From: Nemertoderma westbladi
Lineage: Eukaryota > Animalia > Xenacoelomorpha
Length of the DNA: 64,000 bases
NCBI GenBank assembly: GCA_032718475.1
Contig: JAUCBJ010007300.1
Coordinates: forward strand, 132,766 to 196,765
Reading direction: 5' to 3'
Shown here piece after piece: positions 15,001-27,000 of this stretch. Position 1 is the stretch's first letter. Each line of letters begins with the position of its first letter. Below the pieces are notes generated by a model. That model did no database searches. It saw only the letters and a program-made list of their open reading frames with translations, and was not told where the DNA came from. Position numbers and translations under genes: made by a program.

Positions 15001-18000
15001 ATGGAAAATCGGAGTGCTAAATAGACCATTATTGAATGTTTGCAACTGGATGTTAAAAGGGGAAAAGCCACCACCAATTTGGACTAAAGGTCAACTAAAG
15101 CCTCTCCCCAAGAAAGGAGACCTTGGCATACCAACAAACTATCGTGGGATCTGTCTGCTTGTGGTAGCTGCCAAAATATACAATAAAATGATTCTATATA
15201 GGATTAGGCCTCACATAGAGAAACTACTGCGTAAGGGCCAAAACGGATTTCGACCAAGTAGATCAACAATAGCTCAGATACTTGCACTACGGAGACTGAT
15301 TGAAGGAATTAAGTCAAAGAATCTCCCTGCAGTCATGACTTTTGTGGACTTCAAGAAGGCATTTGACTCCATCCATAGAGGTAAAATGCTTGAAATCCTA
15401 AGAGCTTATGGAATACCAGAAGTAATTGTTGCTGGCATTGGATTGTTATATTGTGACACAGAAGCGCAGGTACTCTCACCAGATGGTGAAACTGAGTTTT
15501 TCTCAATCCTGGCTGGCGTACTGCAAGGTGACACATTAGCACCATTACTATTTGTAATTGTGCTGGATTACGCAATGAGGACGGCCACAAAGGGTGAAGA
15601 TCTGGGATTCACACTTCAAGAACGCAGAAGTAGTAGATATCCGGCAACTACAGTCACAGACACCGACTTTGCGGATGACATCGCCCTGCTCTCTAATACG
15701 CTAGCAGATGCACAGCTTCTACTAAATAAAGTGGAGAGGGCTGCTAAGGAGGTTGGATTGCATATAAATGCTACCAAGACCGAATTCATGACCTTTAATG
15801 TTGATGGAAACTTGACAACCATTGATAATAATCAACTAAGGAAGGTCGATGACTTCCAGTACCTTGGATCATGGATAGAGAGTAGCAAAAAGGACATAGA
15901 AGTTAGGAAAGCAAAGGCTTGGGTAGCTCTATCAAAAATGGATACCATCTGGAAATCAGATCTCTCCAGGCACCTGAAGACTAAGTTCTTTCGAGCCACA
16001 GTGGAAAGTGTATTTTTATACGGGGGTGAGACCTGGACACTGACTAAATCACTTGAACAACGAATTGATGGTTGCTACACAAGAATACTAAGGGAGCCCT
16101 AAACATCAGCTGGAGACAACACATGACAAACGCTGAGCTTTATGGTACAATACCACCTGTATCAACCACCCTCCTTGAACGCAGATTAAGATTCAGTGGG
16201 CACTGCTGGTGAAGTAAAGACGAGGTCATACCAGATCTACTTCTCTGGCAACCCACTCATGGAAAGCGTAGTCATGGACGACCTGCCATAACATATATAG
16301 ATCAACTTGAAAGGGATACTGAACTTGGGAGAAATGAAATTGCGACAACTATGGAGAATCGGGACATGGACTCCGATAGGAGTACTGGAACTACTGCTGC
16401 TCTAAATAATCGGACCTTAAGTTTCCAATTATTTCTCGGTGACTTCCAAATCCTGGAAAGCCTATTCAAGGCTGCCCATGCCTTTCCCTTACGTATTCGA
16501 AGGTCCTCACCTGACTTCCAGATCCATGATCCCAGGTAACAGAAGTCGTCCACATGCTCAAGCATACAATCCTTTGAGCTTATGCTCATCCGATCAGAGA
16601 CTTGCTGAGGACTTTCAATGTTAACTGTCAAAATTGTGGTCTTTCTGGAGTTAATAAAAATACCAACACTAGAAGCAGCATGTTCTAATGAGCTGAGGAG
16701 CCGTTGGGCTCCCTCTAGTGATTCTGATAGTACTCCTAAGTCATCAGCAAAGTCTAGATCAGTTAGGTACTTGGTAGGATTTCCTCGACTTCTGCAGCCA
16801 GTAGGTGGAGATATCATCACCCCATCATCATTATGATGATCTAAGGACATGCATAGAACATAGTCAACCACAATTATGAACAAGAATGGTGCAAGTGTAT
16901 CTCCCTGGAGGATGCCCCATAACACTTCAAATGGTTCTGTGTCACCATCAACAGTAGTCACAAATGTCGTCGAACCATCGTATATTGATCTGATTGCTGC
17001 AATAATTTCATAATATCAATACAGTTGTATGTATAGTACTTATTAGCTTATTACAACATTTATTTGGTTCATTCTAATTAAATACAATGGATAACTTTTT
17101 AGTTTTTGACTTGCTATCACCAATATTATATTTGATTGTAGAACTCTGATGTCACTGCAAGGCAGTCTAAGGAAAGAGCATTGAAACAGAAGCGGGCTGA
17201 ATTCAGAAGTCAACTAATTGATGGGTTGGAACCGATGATGCAAAGAAGTAACACCCCATCTCAGTTGGGAATGGTTATGTCTGCAGTGAAAGAAGTTACT
17301 GGAGTTCCTGACGAAATAACTGTTGGTTCACAGGTGGGATATACTTTATATAGTTAAGTATGTATATATAGTATATATCATTAATAGGAGAATAATTGTA
17401 CAAAGCCATATTGTTCATTAAATTTTACATCACAGTGGTTCAGGCATTTTATATGGATAAACACCCTAGGTTTATTAATTGTACTTGTTCTTCTTACATA
17501 TTCTGATAAAACTGTCAATTTACCATTACAATAATTGAAAAGCAATTGAAAATTTATAAGATATTGTTTTAATGACAATTTTATGGAGTATATATACACG
17601 TTACCAGTGATGAATGACTGTAGAAGTGAGTTTTTACAGTTTAGATCAGGTTTAGTTTAAATACCACATGGGATAGGTCTAGGTGTTATTTTGACATAAT
17701 CAGTTACCATGGTATATTTTCTAGGACAAACTTACTCACATGTTGGTTCATGCAGCAAGCACATTCAGTAATCTTACTTCTACAATGGACCAGAATACAA
17801 TGACTGCTGTAGCTTCTACTATGTTCGCATCTATGGGAAATATTCTAAGATCTGTTGATGCTTCAATTCATGAGCCAATCGATGAGGGTACTGAAGTGAC
17901 AACTGATACACTGAATCAACAACTATCATTTGAGGTTAAATTTATCATCAATTTATGATGTTAATTTATGTGTTTCATTTTACTTGGGAGTATATCGAAT

Positions 18001-21000
18001 CTGCTCCCATTGCTTTGGCCCTATAACTTTTAATATCTTTACTACATCATCATGAACATTTGTTTTTTTTCAGGGCCTAATTAATTGTAATTTTACAGGA
18101 ACAATTACGACTTGTTAATAATCTCAGCAAACCATGGTGTGAGTACACCGACACAGAAAGACAACAAGCTAAGCTTAACTTAACGATTCTCAAAGCCGCT
18201 TCGAGGTCGGATGTTGTTTCAAAATCTATGCAGAACACCATAAAGGCGATAGGATCGGCTATTAATTCAAATAAGGTATAAAATAGGATCCAAAAAAAGT
18301 CAAACAACAAAAGGTTTTTAAATTGCATTAATGGCAGGGCATAGAGACAATATGGGCCATTTGTGCATTTTTATTACTCAACTGGCAGAAGTACTGAGGC
18401 CCTAAAGGGTTATGGGTTCCCCCTTTTTTCTAAGTCCAACCCAGAGATACTATCCCAGACCTGGAGATACTAAGTCCAACCCAGAGATACTATCCCAGGC
18501 CTGGAGATACTAAGTCCAGCCCGGAGATATTAATTGCAGCCAATCACTGGGCTCTCAATTCCAGATCAATGGCTGTTCTACAAGTACAGACATCTTAATT
18601 TTTAAATTTAAATTTTTACATTTAAATTTGTGAGATAGGAGTAAGGTAGGTACACTGAAAGAACGAGACCCGGGTTCTTATTAAAACCGATGGTTTAAAT
18701 TTTATTAACCGTAGTTTATTCGCCAAAAACGGCGATTGCAAAAATCAACAAAATTAAAACCACGGTTTATTTTGACAGGTTTGGAGTAATTGATAAAACC
18801 CACGGTTGCCATGGCTCTGTGACCAGTGGTTCTGAAATGACCGTTGGTTGTGCCATTTCGAGAAACGTGGTTTCATATCTCGTTAAACCATATTTATTTT
18901 ATATTATAAAAACTATGGTCATTTAAATATTAAACTTGTATTATTTTTATATAAATAAAACAATGAAGGTTAATTTTCTTTTTTTAAGGGGGATATTTTA
19001 AGTGCAGCGAATGTAAAACCTACAGCAGGTTGGCAACCGACAATGGCAGAATGGCTTTGGACATTGCAGCATATAATTTTTGTCCGATAAATTATAAAAT
19101 ATATCAAGAAATTTCGACACATGAAAAAGGCAATTTTCTGATAATTTTTTGAAAAAACTTGAAAAGTTCATCATTAATATCATATCGCTCAAATATGCAA
19201 AATAGTTGAAAAAGATATCTAAAAATTATTTTTTTTATTTAACTGAAAAGAATGCAATGTCTCTAAGTTGCACATTGCTGTTGATATTGAATTTGTCACA
19301 ATTTTGTTAAAAGATTGAATTTACAACCACTCACAAGAAATTCAAACTTCCCTCCACTTTGTTTCTAAACTGGCATTTCCATTCTCCCGCGTTTTTTTTG
19401 AATTGCTGTATTTCATTATTGTTCCATATTCTGTCTGGCTGAGCAGGTTGTGTTTTGTTTGAATTGTCCTTACTGCTGTACTGCTTCACCGGTACCGGTA
19501 CCTAAGAAATAGTACTGTAGTAACTTAACTGCTAAGTGCAGTACTGCAGTACCGGTACTGGCAGACTGGTACTGTGGTAGTGGTAGGCCATTCTGCCATA
19601 CTTTACTGAATTACCGTATTGGAGCAGTGCACTTAGCTGCTTAGGTACGGTAGGGCTAGGCTACTACACCACTAACAGTTTCAACTACCGGCCAGCCGGC
19701 AGACAGGCAGGTTATTACTACTGGTTATACTATTGGTTACAGCTGTATACTATATAGGCCTAATTGTCCAGATTGTTATAGAAGTGTCCTACTGTCATTC
19801 AGACATTGCAGCATTGTAGGCCTACATTCAGACATTGGCTAGACACTTACACAGCTAGACCTATCTGCCTATATTGTGTTAAGTTATTTCCGGTGTTAAT
19901 TTATTTTGGCTATATCAGTATATTGCATATGTGTGGTGCTGTATTGCAGTACTGTGTTAAATAATTCCTGGTACCGGTATTAATTTATTTTGTACTTGGT
20001 GTTGGCGCGTTGGAGAATTCTCGTTGGGTACCTGTATCCTAGCAGAGTGCTGTAGAGAGTGGTGTTACCCGTGTTTTAGCGGTTTTTACCCCTAGTTAAG
20101 CTTTCTTGATTCATTGTGTTAACAAATTAAAAGTCTGGCAGTGCAGACAGTGTTGTGAGTTTTCATGTGTTCTGAGTTCCGACAATTCCATTACAGCATT
20201 CTGTCTGACTAGTTTTGACTGACCTGACAGTGGACAGATTGATACGATCTGACTGTCTCTGTCTGATGACTGATGGTACTGGGTTGTGACCTACCTACTG
20301 TCACTGACTCGTCAGATCATAGACAATTTTTGATTGAATCATTCAAAATGGCCTTTTCCAGTAGGTATACGGTTACGGTTAGTATGCCTACCAGCAGTAC
20401 CGGTACTACCAGTGCCGGTATAACTTCTTGTTCTGGTAATGGTACCGGTACTTTCAATGAACATTGCTCATCGGGGACTCATACCCGTAGGTCTAGTAGT
20501 CAACACGATTTGGCAATGAAAGATTATATTTGGTATCAGAAAGACTCAAACTCATTCAGTGTTACTTGTATTGCTAAAAACGCTAAGTTTGTTGATGATG
20601 GTCATAAGTGTCTTCAGAATTTTAATTCTTACAATTCATTACGAAGTCATATGTCGAAGGTTCATTATATTAGCGCTAAAGAAATGCACAAATTTTTAAC
20701 TTCTCCATTTATATCTGTGTCAGAGTCAGACGAATCTCCCCAAATATCCATCAGTGATGTTGGCACACAAAATGTAGCAAGTGATATCGACCTACCGGTA
20801 CAAGTGGAATCAGATGTTGATAGCTTTAACAATTTACCTGTTTGTATCCAGCTTCCTATAGTAGACTTTAGCAGTAGTATTGACAATTGCGTCAGTCCTG
20901 GTGGTTCAGAAACAGGTACCAGTATATTACATGGTCAGTTTGCTATGGCAGATGCACATTTTTTGCTTAAGGCAAAAAACAAAAATGATATAACAGAATC

Positions 21001-24000
21001 GGCGCTGTCTAGTATCGTTAATGACGTAAAAGATTTACTAGCACAACGTGGCTATGAGCATGCAGATTCACTTTTTCTCAATCAGTCATCAACATCTCAG
21101 CGGCATAAGTTTTTTGTACAGCATTGCGGTTTGGTTGACCCTGTGTCACTAAGCTTTCCAAATTTATCACGATTCTCCTATGTGCCATTGTTAATACAAC
21201 TCACTGAATTATTAAAAAATTTAGAGGTTACAAACGAACTTCAAATTCATAAGAATTACACAGCAAAGCCTAACACTGATCTGATTCAATATATATCTGA
21301 TGGTGAATTTTGTAAAAATCACCCAGTTTTTCAATTATCACTAACTCAGAATGACAGTTATTTTATTGAGTTCCAGCTTTACTACGATGACATTGAAATT
21401 GCTAACCCCATTGGTGCCTATGCAAAGGTTCACAAAGTTGGTGCATTTTATTGGACCATTTCAAATATTAGGCCGAAATATAGAGCAAAACTTCAGTGTA
21501 TTTTCATAACGGCGCTTTGCTACACCTCAGATATTCGCAATTATATTTTTGAGATTTTATCCGATTTCAAACATGCGATGCAAGTTTTATCTCAGGGAAT
21601 ATTTATTGATTCTAAAATGTACTATGGGGCGTTAATGTGTTTAATAGGAGATAATCCTGCTGCTGCTCTAATAAGCGGCTTCAAAGAAAGCGCTTCAGCA
21701 GTTTGCTTTTGTAGAAGCTGTATGGTAAAAAAAGGCGAAATTGAAGATCATTTTGAGGCTGATTCTCTAAATATCAGAACAGAAGCCGATTATACTGAGC
21801 AACTTATGGCAGTCACAGATCCCAAGTTACCAATTGCTAAGCAAAAAGAAAATTCCATAAAATACGGTATAAATTTCCCAAGTATATTATCGGATATCCC
21901 ATACTTTAATATTACAAGTTGTGTCATTCATGACTTTCATCATGATATGTTGGAAGGTGTTGTAAGTGCTGAAATTAAGTTGCTTTTACGCTATGCTGTT
22001 TGCGAACGGAAATTTCTAGGAATTGACGATCTGAACAGACGGATATTTTCATACAATTTTTCTGAAAACGAAAAAAAAGACATTCCTTGTTGAATAGAAC
22101 TGTCAAAGTTGCAATCGGCTGAGACATATTCCCTGAGACAAACTGCTATACAAATGCTAATTTTGATGAGAATTCTCCCTGTTTTGCTAGGCGAATTTTT
22201 TAGTGATCTGAACAACCATTGGAATTGCTTCATTAAACTATACGAGATTGTTGAGCTATGTTTACAATATTCAATAAGTACAAATGAACTTGTATATTTA
22301 GAATATTTAATCGAAACTCATTGCACACTTTTTTTCTTAACCTATGGACTGACTTTCCCAAAGCTGCATTATATGATGCACATTGTTAGAGATATTAAGA
22401 ATTTTGGACCACCAAGATGTCACTGGGCAATGCGATTTGAAGGTCACCATAACATTCTAAAAAAGTGGGTGGTTATTCAAAAAAATTTCAAAAATATACC
22501 ATTATATTTAACCAAGCGCCATCAAGAAGGTGTTGCTCATTCACTCACTGTCAACAGAACTGGCTTTTTATATGAACGAATTATTGGTGTACATCATGTA
22601 CCAAAGTTATCCTTTGCCGGAGATTGTAGATTCGAACGCTATTTAAAAATAACACATTATGGTAATAGTTTAATTGCAAACCGCAGCGTTATCCCAGTGC
22701 CAGTTTCGTTTGATAACGAGACTGAACTTCCGAAATTTATGATTGTGAGTGATATTTATTTGTTTGAATCTGGCAGGGATTGTCTTATCATTTGCAATGA
22801 GCTCATTACTAGTAGCTATCTGCCTCATATTGGCTGTTATACTTTAATAGAGCCGAATATTAAAAAGTCAGTTTCTGTATGGTATTCATCTCTGAGTGAA
22901 CCTGGTGAACTTCGTATACTCCGCTATCAAACCTCATATGTAGTCCGTTATCGATTTCGGAGCTTTTCTTAAATTTGTGTTGTAAGTTGAGTGTGGGAGA
23001 GGGCAAGAGTGTGTGGTGTGTTTATATTATAATTTTGTGTTCTGTGTTTATAATTTTGTGTTGTGTGTTTATAATTGTGTGTTGTGTGTTTATAAGTGTG
23101 TGTTTGTGTGCATTGTGTTGTGTATATGGTATATTGTATTTTGTTTATAATTACAAATTTATCATTGTGTTTTCCAACACTAACTGAAATCCATTACATT
23201 GAAACGATGCCTATATGCGCTGTCAATGGTTGCACAGAGGAGATTGAAGAGGACTTTATTGCATGTCCTGTATGTAGGGCAAGTAAAGACCGTACAAGTG
23301 TGGAGGAGCTATGTTGCGGTAAAGTGGTTAATCCAAAGTGGATACAATGTCCAAGGTGTTTAAAGGCGTTAAACGTTGCAGCTGGGCCTGTAGAACCTCC
23401 CAGTTCAAATCGATTTCAAATCGAGTCTGCTACTTCGATTGAAAAATTCAGAACGAATTTGAAGATTGCAATGATAAATGGGAAGGAGTGTTATATATCG
23501 CCAGATTCCCCCGTTGCTGGTATTATTACTGTGCCAGTTATTAAAATTGACATGAATACCAAAATTATACCTCATACAAGCATTTATCAGAAGTGTCTAT
23601 TGACCTTTGTCAATGATTTTGAACGTCGAAATGTTACGAATTTGAGTTCAATCGCAGCTTCTATTTGTGAAACATATCCTGAGTTTAAGCGGAAGCATAA
23701 ATCCAATAAATCATCGATGTATTTGGCTCTCCAGCACGACTACGTGAACTCCCGCCACAATTACCGCAACAGAATGAAGGCGAAGGACAAGAATCCAAAA
23801 ATAATTGTGGAAGGCCAGTCTGGGGGGGTGGGACAGGTTGCTGGGGACAAATCTGCGGAACAGGTCGCTGGGGACAAATCTGTGGAACAGGTCGCTGGGG
23901 TCAAATCTGCGGAACAGGTCGCTGGGGACAAATCTGCGGAACAGGTCGCTGGGGACAAATCTGCGGAACAGGTTGCTGGGGACAAATCTGCGGAAGTTAA

Positions 24001-27000
24001 TGTCGCTGGAACTAACAGCATACCATTGCTTGAAAATGCTGCTGTTGTTCAAGTGCAAATGGGAAGGAAAACCATAAACACCAAACCGCTACGTAATCAA
24101 CCACAACGAAAAAGAAAGAAAGCAATAGTAATATCGTCATCAAGTGAAGATGATGTTAGTGAAATGTTGTTGTTCGATAGTTCTGAAGACGATGTTGAAG
24201 AGGAGCCGGAAATACAAATGGAGGTTCAGGGAGTGAAGTCGTTGGTGTTTGCGCGCCAAATGAAATCTAAAGTTTTCTGGCCAGGGAGACTGGATGATGC
24301 TCCGGATGGCTGTAAGATGCCGAAGCCGAAAGATCCATCGGATACATTTAAATGGGTCTATTTTTATGGTAGTAATAACTACTCCTGGGTTAAGAACACT
24401 CCGGAGTATATTGTTCCTTATGTGGAAAACCGCGATCTGTTATCAGAGCCGAAACCAAGCAGTACGAACGCGTTCTTGCGCGGAACTGAGCAAATTAACG
24501 AATTATACAATTTATTCATGGAAGATAATGATGAGTGAACGTTGAACAATATTAAAAGTGGGGTGAATAAATATCGTAGCTTAAGTGTCATAAGGCCCTA
24601 TGTCAAAAATTGCTTCACTGTTCAGGAGGCCTAAAATATAGAGATATAGGGCTTTTCTGCAGTAAAATATTGCTGTATTGTCCGATGTGATTCTTGGATT
24701 TATCTTTATTACGTCATAATCTTCACTTCCCATTGGTTAACACTTTACAAAGGGCCTTTCTGCAGTTAAATATTGTACGCTGGGATATAGGGCTTCACTT
24801 TACCATGTAATATTCAATTAAACTGTTCAAAACTCCACCAGATGGTAGAGCATGTCTTAAAGTGTGGAATTGTATAAAAAAAAGTAAAATTCGACAAAAA
24901 TCGACTTAAGGCACTTAGCTACGATATATTGTAATAGCAATAACTTTCTTAATGGTAACCGTCAACTTTCTCTTTCTAAACTGCTCTCTAGATTTCGTCA
25001 CCATTTAATATTTGTTTACTTTAGTTTATGTACATTTTTGATTAAGACTGGATTGTTCCTACTATTACCAGTACCGTGAAATATAACTCTGTTGTAAGTT
25101 AGTTTATGTACATTTATATTCATGTGGATTAAGACTGGATTGTTCCTACTATTACCAGTACCGTGAAATATAACTCTGTTGTAAGTTAGTTTATGTACAT
25201 TTATATTCATGTGGATTAAGACTGGATTAATACCAATAAGTTGAATATAGGAATATATCATAGGCCTAATAATTTTTTGTTAAACAATATTGTCCGCATT
25301 CGCCACCATTAAATTTAAAAAATCTAAGGTTTTCATGGAAATTGACCTGCGGTTTATTTAAGTGACAACCCGGGTTTCACATCCAAAGAACATAGGTTTT
25401 TATGCAAATAAACCTACGGTTAATTTAAGTGACAACCTGGGTTTCACATCCAAAGAACATAGGTTTTTATGCAAATAAACCTACGGTTAATTTAAGTGAC
25501 AACCCGGGTTTCACATCCAATTACCCTGAAAAGAACGTAGTTTTTTTATATAAATAAAGCGATGGTTTATATACCAAACAACCCAAGGTTTCATGATCAT
25601 GCATAACCCACGGTTTAATTATGGACAAAATAAACGCTGGTTTCTCAAAATAACCGTAGTTTAAATTTACCCCGAATTGAACCACGGTTATTTTTGAGAA
25701 CCAGCGTTTTTTTAAGGAATAACCCCCGTTTCGTTTTTTCAGTGTAGGTAACTTATTAAACCTTGATTTAAACGTTTAAACTTTGACTTCGGTTATCGTA
25801 ATCGTAAAGATCAATCTTGATATTTTGACTTGGACTTATGCTATAGTGAATTAGCATCGATGTTACATACCAATCATAACATTATCATTAGTATGCTACA
25901 AAGACAAATAAAACTAATTTTACATAAGAAGGAATAATTACTCAACATCAAATGAAGTAATTAATTTTATTTCAAATGAAATAGCTGGATCGGAACGTCT
26001 CCATGGTTACCGTATGATGCATACTACATATAGAATGTGATTCATGTGCCAGGGAACAACTGAAGCAAGACGCAACACGATATTTGAGCAATACAAATAT
26101 TTTATATCTCCATTTGTGCAGTTTATTCGTAATATATTGTTTGGGATGTGAATGTCCTTTATAAGGAACAACTTGTTCATCCATACACAATTTTCCACAA
26201 TTCACAAATTTTATATTTCAGCCAACGCAACGAATCGAATCTTGGTTGGGGTCACTTAGAAGGCAGTGCACATTGGACGGATTTCTTTAATTCCTCCAAG
26301 ATTCTGGACAATTTAATAGCAGTGACCTATGAGTATGTGAATAGAATGAACACAGAATTAGGCCATCTCGGAATTTGACTGTACCTTCCAGTAAACCAAA
26401 TACGATGTTTCGATTCCCAAAACTTTGGGGTAAAACAAATAAAAAAAATTTTTTCCAGTTATCGTAGATGACATTGACATTTGCCAAGAAGAAGCATTAT
26501 TCTGGACCGCTACTGGACATTGTGATAGAAATATATACAAGTTATTCATAGAATTTATGCAGTGTAATATAAAGCCTTAAATTTAATATCTATTTTTGAA
26601 ACAATTGCAGTGAGTTTAAACAGCACAAAATAACTTTGATACTGGACTACAATGTAAATAGACTAAAGCAGACATAAATTGTTTAAACCCTATACTACCA
26701 CTATCAAATAAATCATTTCTATAATTATTTACAATATTCTTCATAGCAGTATCATTCATAAAATCATCCCAAAATGACATAAAACACCATAAAGAGATTA
26801 ACCATTATCACAATATTGAAGGGTATCGGTATTATTGTGATCAAATTCAAGAACATTAGGTTCCATGACAATATAAACTCATTTTCTTGCTCGAGTTCAA
26901 TAAGAATAGGTACCATGACACTTAACTTATTACCTTGGGGTTCAGTATCATCCATTTCCATACAAATAAAGTCATTGTCAGTCAGCTGTCTTGCTTTATT

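Larger units (their letters stand above)
18653..25744 (+). mobile_element. CACTA/EnSpm transposon (CACTG..CAGTG, TA TSD), 7.1 kb, two ORFs
   Basis: ta|CACTGAAAGAACGAGAC ... GTTTCGTTTTTTCAGTG|ta; subterminal aacc..ggtt repeats; transposase plus accessory ORF. Confidence 0.9.

Noticed and set aside
23096-23206. Hydrophobic N-terminal extension of ORF2
   Set aside because: It comes from a TG-rich low-complexity stretch with a non-ATG start; the ATG at 23207 is more plausible.
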